This document shows, one piece after another, positions 1 to 14,752 of a stretch of 64,000 nucleotides of DNA. Made by a program: the position numbers and the translations under genes. The stretch lies in assembly GCF_009914755.1 (NCBI RefSeq), contig NC_060935.1; one strand, given 5' to 3'. This DNA is from the human T2T-CHM13v2.0 reference genome, Homo sapiens. Position 1 is the first letter of the stretch; every line of letters begins with the position of its first letter. The notes below the pieces were generated by a model, which saw nothing but the letters and a program-made list of their open reading frames with translations, was not told the DNA's origin and did not search any database.

Positions 1-329
1 AGAGCGAGGCCAGGCTGGCTCCCTCTCTAAAGACAACATGAAGCTAAATCTAATGTGTCTAATGGCTCTCACTGGACCAGTGTGCCTGTGTCCACAGCCT
101 CTCTTGCTCTCTGCCCTGGCCACACTCTACCTCTTCTGAGTGGCCTCCCTTGGGGGAGGGCAGGTCTCCATCCTCCCTTCTCTTACCCTTCTGGAAGGCT
201 CTGCCTTCACTCTCTCCATTAAGGATCCTTTTAAATGTCCATCAGACTCCCCAGGCTTCCCTGCTGTGCTCTCTGGGGCTCCCCATCCTCTTTAAAATAA
301 AGCCAAAGTCCTTCCGAGGACACAAACAT

Positions 330-850
330 CCAGCATGAGCCAGCCCGGCCGCCTCTAGACCTCACTGCCAGGCCCTCTCTCCACTGCTCTCTGCTGCAGC
401 CATACTGTATTCCTGGAACACAGGACGCACGGTCCCACCTCTGAGCCTTTGCTCTAGCTGATCCCTCTGCTGTGAACTCATTCCCTGTAGAAGTTTTGCT
501 CACAGCTACATCTTCAGAGGTGAGAACCATGCATGACACAGAGAAGATGCTCACTGATGGATTTAATGAGTCAAACATTGAAGAATCAATGAGTGCCGGA
601 AATAAACAGGATAGGTGGCAGCATAGCATGCCCTTGAGAACATGGCTGTGGATTCAAATCCCAGACCAATCACTGAATTTCAAGCCACTTTGCCTCTCTG
701 AGCCTCTGTTTTCTCATCTGTCAAGTGGCAATAACAATAAATGGTACGTGCCTCATAGGGGCACCTTGAGGATTAAAAGAGAGGGTTTCAATAAATCAAG
801 TACTGATTTCAAAACCTGGCACATAGTAGGCACTCAGCACATGGCCCTTA
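330..850. mobile_element. Degenerate L2 and MIR fragments
   Basis: MIR core (ctctctgagcctctgttttctcatctg...cctggcacatagtaggcactca) and L2-like sequence. Confidence 0.55.
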
Positions 851-1698
851 TATACTTATGGCCAGCAGCGGCTGGGCCTCATCCCTCCCTGGCTGGCTCC
901 ACTAGTATCAGGCTGCCTATGACTCTCAGACAAACCTGGCCAAGGGCCCAGAGTACTCTCCCCAGGGCACCCGGCCTTGTGTCCCAAGATGGCCACAGGC
1001 TGACTTCATGGCACAGAAACTCTGGGAATTTCCTGGCAGGAAGGCTTCATTGCCTGGACTTGAGAACAGCTGATGGGCAGCCGGGGCTGGTGAGAGGTGA
1101 CCGCTGGAACACATCCCTGGCAACTGGCTGCCCCACCTCCACCTGAGGCCACCGCCCGGGATGGGATGCCTGGGGCCTGGGCTCAACTACACAGGGCACT
1201 GGGCTGGCCCAACCCCTGGTCTACCCTGTGGGTTCATCATGGACAAAGACTGATTGCACCATCCCAGCAACCTCACAGTCCCTTTGGCCTGAATGGACCA
1301 AGTATTTCTGGCAACTCTAGTCCAGGCTGTGGGGCCTTGAGGGAGCTAAGAGACAGCCTAAAGTGTCCCTTTCCTACTTCAGATAGGACCGTAACCAAAT
1401 AAGGTCACCCAGGAAAGGGGTAGCCGTGCAGGGCTGTCCCACCATACACTGCAGTTTGCAGGGCACGCTCACACTTAGGGGCCAGCAGCATTTACCGAAT
1501 ACAAACTACTACATGGCAGCCCTGGGCCATGGGCTTGAGGAGACACAGTCCTGCCCTCAGCCAGCTCACTGTCTGCCCCAGCTCTCCCCACTTTACAGAT
1601 GAGTAAACTGGGGCACAGAGGAGTGACATGCCTGCTTCAAGGTCGCTCAGTGCCTCCAATAGCAGAGCTGGCACCCGGCCCCAAGGAGCAGAGAGATG

Positions 1699-2001
<303 letters not shown>

Positions 2002-2174
2002 TGAGATGTTTTTAAAACAGATATTATTGGCTGCGAATCAATGAGAAAACTGTGTGATGGAAGTCTCAGGATCCCAAGCTAAATGTTAAGTCAGTAATTC
2101 CACTTGGGAGGAACCCCAGCATGGGCCTGGCACCAGGCAGGAAACAGTGATGAAATAAAAGCTTTCTGTATCCC

Positions 2175-2495
<321 letters not shown>

Positions 2496-2518
2496 CTAGG
2501 TTACAAAAGACTAGAGCA

Positions 2519-2665
2519 GGCCGGGAGTGGTGGCTCATGCCTGTAATCCCAGAACTTTCGGAGGCTGAGGCAGGAGGAATGCTTGAACCCAGGACTTTGA
2601 GACCAGCCCGAGCAACATAGTGAGACCCTGTCTCTATTTTTAAACAAATAATAATAAATAAAATA
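2519..2665 (+). mobile_element. Alu monomer (FLAM-like)
   Basis: Left-arm consensus with A-rich tail. Confidence 0.85.
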
Positions 2666-3879
2666 GATACTTTTTTAAAAAAAGACCAGAGCAGGCATCC
2701 ACAAGACTCCTTGAAGGGAGGCCAGGGCTCAGCCAGGCCTTTGGGGAGAAGCCGTGCCCCTCACCTCGCCACGCCCTGGCAGAAAGGCAGGCACACACAC
2801 CACACTCACCCAGACATGCAAACACCTGCACGCTCAAATACTGCCCCCAGGCTGCTTCATCCCACGGCTGTGCTGTCCCCTCGGGCCAGCGTCTGGCGCC
2901 TGAACAGCCACGGACAAGGCGTTCTTTTTTTTTTTTTTTCTTTTTTTAGAATTTCAGGAGGATTCTTATTCTCACTCCTCAGCTTCATGGGGTGGAAGGG
3001 GAAAAGAGGGGCTTTCTTCCTCAAAGAGTCCAGTGAAGATTGTCCAACATGCTGGAGATGGCAATCGGCAGAGAGCAGGTGGCCCTGGCAAGAGGGACGC
3101 CGACAGTCCTGGGACTGGACAGAACCTCCGCTGCTGCCCAAAAAGCCAGCATTCAGGATTCATGTCCTCAGGTCTTGAAGACCTTCCTGATACCCAGTGT
3201 GGCCAACCTAGAAATTTGGAGGGTCAAGGACAGGGCATCGTGGCCCCAACCCCTATTGTGCAGGTGGGTAACTAAGGAAAAGGGGCTGGTCGGGCTGCTC
3301 CACCACTGGACTCCAGCCAGACAGTACCCTGGGGCCAGGCTACATCCCTGCCTGTCTAGACAGGGGCTGGGATTGGGAAGTTGGGGTCCCCAGGGGCCAG
3401 CCTGTTCCTGGGGTGACTGTGCTTCCAGGAGAGGCCCACCCAGCCTGGCTGGCAAAGCCCTCCCACGTGCAGCTGCTAGCCCGGAGAGGTGAGTCACTGT
3501 CCCTGAGCCCTTTACAGAAGCTCTTGGGAAAGCCACAGACCTCAGGCCGGCCCAGCCCCCAGCCTCTAATGGCATGTCCTTACCGGCCCCTGGGGACCCT
3601 GCCCTGCCCTACCCCTAGCACTCAGCAAGCACCCAGCATGGGGACCCAGAACTGAAACAGGGACCTGGGAGCAACAGGGCAGCCCCTCACCCAGGGCAGG
3701 CTCTGCAGCATGACACACCCACCTCTGAGGCCCCCTCCTCCCCCGCAGACCTGCTCCGTGGACAGCTGCGGGTCCTCCACGCAGGGAACTGCCCTCCCTA
3801 CCCCACATCTGGCCCTGGCTAGTCCACCCCAACTCTGGGTCCCGGCGTGGAGGTCAAAGGTCAGCGAGGGGAGGGAGGA

Positions 3880-5010
3880 TGCTAAGGCCCCACAGGTGGA
3901 GCGGGACATCACGCCCACGACCGAGCTCCAGGCTCCACCCGCCGGTGGGTGGCTTCCTTACGGCTTCCTTACCGTGGCGTCCTCAGCGCCGTGGTGGCCG
4001 ATGAGGCGGCTGCCCCCTGGGTGCCGCTGTGCCCAGCGGCTGATGTCGTAGACGCGGCGCTCGATGACCAGCCACTTGTCGCCGGGCTGGTCGTGCGCGC
4101 GGATCTGCTCCCAGCAGAAGGTGGGCAGCGGTGCCCCCGGCTGCGCGGGTCCCTCCCGCGGTCCCGGCTCCCCGACGCCGCCCATGCTGCACGCACGAGT
4201 CCTGGGGATCCCAGGCGGTGGCCGAGGTCCGAGCAAGACCCCGAGGGAAGCGAAGAGCGCTCCCGGGCGCCGCCTCCGCCGCCGCCCGCTGCTCCGGCCC
4301 CGCCCTGCCGCCGCGGCCGCCGTACGAGCGAGCGTGCGCCTCCCGGCTCGCGGCGCAGGGAACTCCCCGCCTTATAACCGCGCGGACGGCGCCCGCCTCG
4401 CCTCGCCTGCCCCCCCGCCCCCGGCCAGGCCCCGGCCCCCAAGGCTGGCTGACCCCCCGCGTCCGCTCCAATCCAGGCGCGGGGCCTCGGTCTCCATTGG
4501 CCGCCAGGGAGGGCGGCGTCGAGGCGGCCCGCCCCTCCCGGGAGGACAGCGGCCGCCACCCAGCCCTGCCCCGGGGCACCGTCCCGCCCCCTTTTCCCGG
4601 GCTGCCGGCTTCCAGGCTCTTGACTCCGCCCGGAGCGCGGGGCCTGGGGACACAACACGCACCTGTTGGGCGTCCCGCAGCGCCTCGCCACGCCCTCGGG
4701 AACCGGAGGCGGAGTCCCGGTCTGTGAGCAGCGGGGCCTGGGGGGCTTCCAGCCGCGCGTCCTGCAACGTCAAATCCAGTGCGCCCAGAGGGGGGACGCT
4801 GTCTCGGGGTGCCTGTGAACAGCCTTCAAACCATGGGCCCCAATCTCTGCGGGGCCCCCACCGCCGCTGCAGCTCTCTCGGAGCCCTCTGCTGGGGGCGG
4901 GTGGCCTCCCCTCCGCCCTCGGCGCTGCAGGGCTGGGGATGCCCAGGGGTGGCCAAGGGGGAGGTAGGGGAGCAGGAGGGCACTGGCGCGTGGAGGCGGG
5001 CGCTGCCATC
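3880..5010 (-). promoter_or_regulatory. FADS3: FADS3 CpG island / promoter
   Basis: Dense CpG; TATAA on minus strand at 4372-4376; CCAAT boxes at 4468-4472 and 4496-4500; several GGGCGG boxes. Confidence 0.9.
3973..4185 (-). CDS. FADS3: Fatty acid desaturase 3, coding exon 1 (71 aa, cytochrome b5-like domain); later exons lie left of the window
   Basis: ATG at 4185 gives [71 protein letters not shown] with the HPGG heme motif; ends at a phase-0 ACG|GTAAGG donor; 213 nt. Confidence 0.97.
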
Positions 5011-5055
5011 CATGGGCTGAGGACACCTGTGCTTGTTACTGCTTCCCCGCCCCTC

Positions 5056-5355
5056 TTTTTTGTTTTGAGACAGGAGTCTCACTCTGTCGCCCAGGCTGCA
5101 GTGTAGTGGCATGATGTCGGCTCACTGCAGCCTCAACATCCTAAGCTCAGGAGATACCCCCACCTCAGTCTCGGGAGTCCCCAGCTGGGACTACAGGCGC
5201 GCCCCATCATACCCGGCTAATTTTTGGTGTTATTTTATTTTTGTAGAAATGGGTCTTGCCATGTTGCCCAGGCTGGTCTTGAACTCCTGGACTCAAGTGA
5301 CCCTCCCGCCTCCCAAAATGCTGGGATTACAGGCATGAGCCACTGCACCCGGGCC
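5056..5355 (-). mobile_element. Alu (J-type)
   Basis: Diverged dimer. Confidence 0.9.
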
Positions 5356-6359
5356 CCATCCGCTTTTTTTAATTTAAATACATTCAAGTCCTTTTGAAAG
5401 TGTAGGTAGCTCCCCTAATTGCTTCGGATTTCTTTGTGATAAATATACCTGTTCCTAAAAGTTAAGCGTTCACAGCAGCAAGGAATTCAAATCAGGCTAA
5501 AGTTACTTCCAGAGCGCTGGTCGTCAATCTTCCATCAGAACCACCTGAAAGGCTTCCATCAGAACCACCCAGGAGGGTTATTCGGTGGGTCTGGTGTGGA
5601 GGCAGAGACTTACATGGCCAGTTCACAGGTGATGCTGACCGGCTGGTTGGGGAAATGCACTTAGAAAACCCTAAGTATATTTCTCTGATATGCTAATATT
5701 TTGTCTTGGTCTAAAGAGGACCAGTATCCCCAGAAGGGCAGAGGGGGCGAGTTCTCCCTGGTACCAGGAGCTCCTGCCTTTGCTTGTCAGGACATCCAGC
5801 AAGGCCCATGATGTCATCAGGCACCGGGGCTGCCTGGGCCCTCTCCACTGAGGCACCCACTGACCATATCCTGGAACCCCAACCTGGCACATGTGTGTGG
5901 GGGTGCAAGAGCATGGCTGGTGGCCCTGGCCCAAGGGGGCTGCAGGCACCCCTACCCCGTACCATGTTCACACAGCACAGGAATGGAGAAGGCAGATTCT
6001 TGAAGGAATGCATCCCCTGCACCAAAATCCACTGAAGGCATGGACCTGGCCCTGGCCCCACCTTCAGCAGCCCTGAGTGGTCAGATGTGGCCATCCTAGG
6101 GGCTTCTTCCTTGGAGCCAGCCCTGGCCTGGTCTCAGCCCCTGTGTGTGAGGTGGTTGGGGGTTGTGATAGGTTAGAACCTCCACTTTCCCCAGCTGCCC
6201 CCAGAAGAGATGGGGAAGATGAAGGGGGGGCCACAGAATCATGCAAGAGCCGTGAGTGAGGGCAGGGATCACAGCCCTATTGGCCAAGTCCTCCTCGAAG
6301 GGATCACTGTGGAGGCCAGGCGGAGCTCCTCAGAATGCTCCTCAGGAAAGAGGGGCTGC

Positions 6360-8200
<1,841 letters not shown>

Positions 8201-10099
8201 AAAGGCAAGGAGGCTGCGAAAGCCATTTAGTCCTATATTTCCAACTCACAGATGAGGAAACTGAAGCCCAGAGAGGAGCGACTTTGCCCAGGTGCACAGC
8301 CCCGGCAGGAGTTCCATCAGGACAGTCTTGGCAGACTGGAAAGCATCCTGCAGGAGTGAAGCACGCCAGTGCGCAGCTGGTCTCGGCTCAGCGCCTCCAC
8401 CCTCAGAGGCCAGAGTCGTTGCTAGGTTTGAAGAGGGGGCCAAAGAGGGTTAAAATGTTCACATGTGCCAGGGGTACTCAGAGAGGCCCAAGTGGGTTAT
8501 CTAGAAAATCCATTTAAGAGGAACAACTCCCTCGTGGCTGATGTCGGCTAACCCTCCCCAGCCACCTTTAAGCACATTGCAGGTGTCTAGGAAAGGGAAT
8601 CCAGGATGCTGGTTCATACTGTGGGCTCCAGGGCTGGCCTCATGATTCCTATCCCGGGGCCATCATTTCCTCTGTGGCACTTCTGTGTGCCTCATTCTAC
8701 TCATCTGCAAAATGGGAGAATAGTACTCTATAAGGTTGCTGTGAGGATGAAATGAATTAGATCATTTAAAGGGTTTAGAATCATGCCTGGCACAGTCAGT
8801 GCTCAGCTATTATCTCTCGTTGGGAGATACTGAGAGTGTATGTCCATCCTCCAGGCATTTCAGTTCTCTGTTTATGACCCCACTTGGGGTCTGACAGCAG
8901 GCTATGCCATTGCAGGGGCAGGCAGCGCGGGTCTGGGGTATGGGACCCTCTGCCTGGCCCCTGGAGTGTGGTCTGGTGTCTCCTAGGTCTTCAGTGTTGC
9001 TGGGCCAGGAGCACAGAAGCTGGGGGTAGGGTGGACAGCTCCAGGGCCCAGACCTCCAACTTCCTTTGGCCCCCCAGCTGACCCAGGACTGACAGAGAGG
9101 AGAGAAAGCGACTGCCACGCAAGAGAGGCTGTGGGGATCACAGCAGTGAACACAGCCTCTTGCGCCCTTTTCTGACATCCTCCTTTGCCTGCCTGCTTTC
9201 CTCTCTTCCATCTGATGCCCTGTGCGTGTTCCTGGTATGTTTTTGATTGCCAGTCTTCCCCCTGGACATTCTCAGCTCAAGCACAGGTGTCCCCAGCATG
9301 GGTGGAGGGCTTCCTGTGGTCCTGGCCAGTCCACAGCTAGCCTGACCTACCAGCTGAGTGGCACCAAGGCCTCAGGCCAATACGGAAGTCCCCACAAGGT
9401 GTCACCAGCCCAGTAGATACTGACCCGACTCAGAAGCTGCTATGCTCTCCACCACCCCAAGAAGGCATCTATTGGCCTGGGCCCACATCCCTACAGGTGG
9501 GGAGGGGCTCAGCCACCACAAGACACCTTCCCAGCCCCACTCTGGGTCCTCAGAGGTCCTGGCCACCCCCACCTCTTCCAACTGTGACTGCTGCCCCTTG
9601 CTGAGAGCTCGTCTAAGACCTGGGCTTCCATGGTCCCCGCCTGTGCTTCCAGCAGACATCACCAATCAATCCTGCCACTGTCCCACTGAGCAACAGGCAG
9701 CCTCGATGCTTTGCCTCTGAGCTGCAGGCTTCTGTGAGACTGGAGGTAACCATTGCTGGATGCAAGGAGACCCAGGGGAGGACCTGGCCAAGGTGCCACA
9801 GTGAGGCAGTGGGAGAGCCAGCCTTGGTGCCGTTCTTCCCAACAGCAGGCCACCAGCCACGGGGAGAGGGAGGCCTGGCTCATCCCCCAGTAACCCACAG
9901 CCCTCTGAATACTAAGGGAGGACTCAAATAGTCCTCCCCACAGCAAGTAAGTGGTGATGGCGGAGGTGGGGTGGCTTCAGGATTTGGGTTTAATCCCAAG
10001 CACGAGGGCGGGCAGGGAAAGGATTTGGTTTCATTCCTTCAGATGCCCAAGCCTTGGCCAGAGCCCCAGGGTGCAGGAGTGAGGGCGCGTGGCCACCCA

Positions 10100-11081
10100 G
10101 CCTGTACCAACAAAGCCTGCCTTTATTAAATAGAGATCGCGTTACATTCCATCCAAAGAAGGAAATCCGGACGTGGTGAGGGATGCGTCCAGGTGGGAGC
10201 TCCGAACGCTGGTCCTGAGTGGGCTCTGATGGGTGGGAGGGCCCAGGTCCTGCCTGCCCACCCAGGCCCCACATGCCAGGGCGCGTGTCTGCATGGCCAC
10301 CCACAGCTGAAAACAGGCGTGGGCGATCTGAAGCCCTGTCTGTGTTCTACTGTGGCAGAAAGTGCCCCAGTCCTTCCAGCGGTTTTGGGAGCAGGGCCTC
10401 CAGGAGCACAGGGCTGAGACGGGGTGGGAGGGAAGGTGACAAGGGAGGCCTTTGTGAAGGGGGAGGGAGGAAGGGGGAAAGGAAGGGAGGAAGCGGGGGA
10501 GGGGTCTTGACTCATCTTAACAAGGCTTTGGGGCAATTCTGTGCTATGGAGGCCCTGCCAGCCCCTCCTAGTAGTCCAATAGGGAGGCCACCGGGAACAA
10601 GGCACAGGATGGCCACAAGGGGGTGCTGCTGGCCCAGGGCTTGGCAGCTGGGGTGGAGGGTACCCTGGAGATCCAGCCACCCAGAACAGTCCCTTTCTGA
10701 AGACAAGCCAGCAACAAGGCACCTGCAGGCAGTTCTGGGGACTGGGGAGGGGGCGCTGGCTGCCTCAGGTGTCCCCTCCCAAGGGCTGAGGCCCCCCGAG
10801 TATGGATCCGAGCTCCCTGGTCTTTGGTGCTTTCTTGAAATCCTCCTGGTGGTGGCAGAACCCAGTGGGGAAGAGAGGGGGGTCTTGCCGTGAAGTCCAG
10901 GCCCGTCTGTCCCAGGATGGACGTGTGGTGCTGGCTCAGTGCTGCCTCCATGGCCTGTCTGTCCATCCATTCTGCCTCTGGCTCAGGGCTGGCTCCAGGC
11001 CCCCGTCTCCCTGTGTGTCGGCTTGTTCTGGGGTGGGTGTTTGCTCTGTCTCAGAGCTCCCCTTCAGGCCTGGGCCGCGCC
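10100..11081 (-). other. RAB3IL1: RAB3IL1 3' UTR (~1 kb)
   Basis: Runs from the TAG stop (11082-11084) to the AATAAA at 10122-10127; cleavage site approximate. Confidence 0.85.
10122..10127 (-). terminator. RAB3IL1: RAB3IL1 polyadenylation signal AATAAA
   Basis: tttatt on +; upstream UGUA element and downstream UUUGUUGG on the transcript. Confidence 0.85.
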
Positions 11082-11164
11082 CTAAGCCTCCTGGGGGAAG
11101 AAGCCGAGCTTGGCCAGTGACATCTCCTTCCGCAACCTCATGATCTCCCAGAACATGGGCTCTG
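11082..11164 (-). CDS. RAB3IL1: RAB3IL1 last coding exon 10: (A)[26 protein letters not shown]
   Basis: Pyrimidine tract + CAG acceptor at 11165-11166, phase 1, TAG stop. Confidence 0.95.
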
Positions 11165-12117
11165 CTGCAGGCAGAGAGAGGGTGAACAGGTCGGGGACAG
11201 CTCAGGGTCACCTCGGGCAGATGGCCAGGTCCCCTCCTGTGGCTTTGGACAGAGCAGCTGGCACAGCACCCTAGGGTCCCCGGCCCCCAAAACAGATGAC
11301 CTCAGTGAGTGGCTGGACCTCTCTGAGGCTCCACTCTTGAGCCTTGGAAACTGCTGAGTGCCGACCACACCCGAGGGATCTGTTTGCACTACACTGACGG
11401 CCACCCCCACAGCCCGACGCAGACAAGCAGGTACACGCTGTCACATGCCACAGCGGTGGTCCAGACCTGGGAACTACATTAGACAAGGCACAGATGCCTC
11501 CCTGGGGTCTCACAAGGACCCTGCGCAGTGAGGCGGGGACCACAGCGGCCATCCAGGGACCTAGCAGGTGTCAACACCCAGCATGCCTTGGCCTTGGCCT
11601 CCAAGAGGACTTGACCCCCAGGATGGAGAGGAGATAGCTCCTTACTCAGAGGGTCGGGCCAGACTGGTTCAGGAGAAGACTCAGCAGCGAGCAAAGGTTG
11701 GTGGAGGAGCGGGGAGCCAGGCCTTGCAGAATGGGCTGTGGGGGGAGGGGGTGGAGGGAGGCCCTGTCCAGCATGGAGTGGAGTGGGAGCAAAGGCTGGA
11801 GGTGGGTGACCCTGTGTTCAGGTGACCAGGAGGAGGGGCCACCACCTCCAGGGCCAGGGAGAGATTCACAGGGGTGGCCCCCTTGTGCGGGGCCGGGAGA
11901 GGTTTGGGGACAGGAGAAAGACCAGCCGGACGGACTCAGGTACAGAGCTCAGCACCCAGGAAGTTTGTGAACGCTTTACTAAACCACAACCCTCCCCGCT
12001 CCCCAGCCTCCTAGCTGAGTCTTGCCTCCACTAGGGGCAGGTGGGCCCAGAGGGCACTTCCCCATCCAGCCCCACTCCCGTGTGCGATCCCTGCACCGGC
12101 CACCAGGGGGCGCTCAC

Positions 12118-12184
12118 CGTCCTGCCGCACCAGGCCTTGCTGGATGTAGCGGATGTAGGTGAAGAAGTTGCACACTGCGGTGAT
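12118..12184 (-). CDS. RAB3IL1: RAB3IL1 exon 9: [22 protein letters not shown]
   Basis: AG...GTGAGC boundaries, 67 nt; Rabin8/GRAB C-terminal motif. Confidence 0.96.
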
Positions 12185-12366
12185 CTGTGGGCAGAGGTGG
12201 GGACGGTGTGACCTGCCAGCCCCACGCTGGGGGTCCCCTGACAGGCGGATCTGAGTCCAGAGCAGGAGGCCCCAGGTCCCTGCAGAGCCAGGCAGTGCTC
12301 CCTGACTCAGCTGGGACTGGGCTTTCAAGTAGTAATCAACAACAGCATGACTAGCCCTGCTGTAAT

Positions 12367-12387
12367 AGCAGCAGCAGCAGCAGCAGC
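12367..12387. repeat. (AGC)7 trinucleotide repeat in RAB3IL1 intron 8
   Basis: Direct reading. Confidence 0.9.
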
Positions 12388-14389
12388 CATTTCATCAAGC
12401 GCCTGCAGCGAACGGAGCAGACGCGCTTATTATTCCATCTTACATGGGGGAAAGCGGAGCCACCCGGGGAAAGCCGCTGACATCCATCACGGAGATGGCG
12501 GAGCTAATGAACCAGCATGCAGCAGAGCTGTGAGATGAACCGGGCAGGCTGTCCCGGAGTCTACACTCGCCCTCTCACAGGCCGGCTTGCTCCAGATGCT
12601 GGAGTTTTGGGCCAGCCAGGCCTCAGTCCAGTGCTACTGATAACACTGGGAAAGGAAAGGGGGTCAGAAGCCGCTCACCTGGGCTGCCCGGGGCCCCTGG
12701 GGCCTCAGGCCTGCTCCATGCCAGGCCCCGGGGACCCTGTGTTGGCTCAGACACTGCTATGAGGACTCACACCACGGAGAGGGTACTGTTGGTGCCTGGC
12801 CCAGGGCCCCTTCCCAGGCCCGGGCCCCATCTCCCAGCTGCTGAGAGTGGGGGCACTAATGGCTCAGAGGTGCCCCCCTCTGTACTCACTCCTCCTGTAG
12901 ACCTCAGCCGATGACTGACTTGTGTGGAGATAGAAAGGACAGTCCCCTTGCCTCAGGGTGGAATCAACTCTGCTAAGAGCCCGGTGGATGGGGCTGAAGC
13001 TGGGCTGTAGCTAAGGCCACATCCTGGCTGGACTCCCCCGTCCCTTCCCTCATTCTCCTGGGAGCTGCACACAATCTCCAGGTGAGGCTCTGCCTCTTCG
13101 GAACCCAGCCTAAGACAGGGTGGAAGGTAGCCGGCGGCTGTGCCCGCCCGCAACAGCCCCTACTGAATGTCCAACACTCCTGGGGAGGGACATCAAGTGA
13201 GAGGGGCACCCGCAGGCTGGGGAGTGGAGAAGCTTCGGGGAGGGGCGGGACGGTGGTGGCCTGGCAAAGATAGGGAGGTGCGAGAGAGCGGGGCGAGGTC
13301 GGGGGACCAGCCCGTCGTGGCAGGGACACCGCTGCACAGGGAGGGTTGAGGAGAGGCTGCGGCAGGAGGGTGGGGCAGGGCAGAGCTCAGGACAGGAGCA
13401 GGGACAGTGGATGCCCACAGAGGCTCATGAGCAGGGAGTAGCAGGGAGGGGGCTTTCCCTCTCCAGGGAGTGTGCTAGGGAGAAAACACTTCTCCCTGTG
13501 GACCCCACATGTCTTGGTCTTTCAGGGCAGGGACCACATCCTAAAACTTCAGACCCTCCTCACCTCATCTCCCACCCCCAGCTTCATCCAGTGCAGCAGG
13601 ACACCCAGGCCAGGGACTTAAAGTGCTAGAGGTGACATTGTTGAGCACGGGAACATCTTTTGTGGGGCCTGCTGTTGAGCCATGGTTGGGCCTGGAAAGC
13701 GGTGATGGAGATAAGTGGCCACTGAACAAGGCTCAGTGGGCACAAATCCACAGGGTAGGGGCTGCAGTGGACTCAGAGCCAGGATCCCAGGTCTCGGTGT
13801 GTGGCCCTGAACACACCCCTTTCCTCTGCCAAGGCTCAGCCTCCCTTTTGGTAAATGGGTGCTCAGCACACCGCTGGGAGGACTCACGCTCGGATGCCTT
13901 GTGGAGTTCATCAAGGACAGTATAGTCTGCTGCCAGCAAAGGGACCATTTGTCCCCTTTAGACCTGCTCCCCCGCGAGGAGCCTCTAGCAGGCCTGAGAT
14001 GGTTCCTCAAGCTGTGTCACTGGAAACGTGTTTCCAAACATGTTCTCTTGTTCCCCTCAATCCTCTTAAGAGTCAACAGAGGGACAGAGGAAGAGGAATC
14101 CCTGTCCTCAATCCCCAGCTTGGTGAGAACCCCTGTCCTGGTCTGGGTCACTCGGCAGGGGAGGGTGGGAGCTGGGATTCCTAGAGGCCCCTTGGCACTC
14201 ACGGCCGACTTAAGGCTGGTGCACCAGACGCACCGCTGAACCTTTTCCAAAGCTTCGGCCAGCACCTGAGTCTGGGCGTCAGGAGCCCCGCACTCTAACT
14301 GGAACTCTAGCATCACTCCTGGATTAGGTGACATTGAATGACAGAGGGGGGCGATGTCATCCCATGACATTTCATACATAAGGCTGCAT

Positions 14390-14752
14390 CTCAGCCGACT
14401 GGAGAGTGGCCCTCCTGATGGCTCTGAAGTCAGCTGCCCTGTGCAACAAGGCCCTGTGGCAGGGGACTGCGGGTGTCCTCTAGAAGCTGAGGGTGTCCCC
14501 TTGCCAGCAGCCAGCAAGAAAATAGGGGCCTCAGTCCTTCAAACACAAGGAACTGAATGCTGCCAACAATGTGAGTTTTGAGGAGGACCCTGACTTCCAG
14601 AAAGGAACACAGTCTGCTGACAGCTTACTGCGACCTTGCAAGTCCCTGAGCAGAGAATCCAGTAAGTAAGTAGTGCTTAGACTCCAACATGGGGAACTGC
14701 GCTATTTTAAGCTACCAGGTTGATAGTAATTTGTTACACCGTAATAGCAAAC
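14390..14752 (+). mobile_element. MLT1-type MaLR LTR
   Basis: cagccagcaag...aaggaactgaatgctgccaacaa...tttaagcta...gtaatttgttacac..aatagcaaac. Confidence 0.75.

Noticed and set aside
472-1146. 224-aa plus-strand ORF
   Set aside because: Non-ATG start, runs through L2/MIR remnants, no recognisable domain, antisense within FADS3 intron 1
3949-5112. Several long overlapping ORFs (240-318 aa) at the FADS3 5' end
   Set aside because: Stop-codon depletion in a GC-rich CpG island; low-complexity R/P/G/A composition
5529-5569. 17-bp direct repeat CTTCCATCAGAACCACC x2
   Set aside because: Small local duplication within a probable MER5-like DNA transposon remnant; no functional cue
10126-11143. ORFs of 100-224 aa over the RAB3IL1 3' UTR
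   Set aside because: GC-rich chance ORFs with no homology cues
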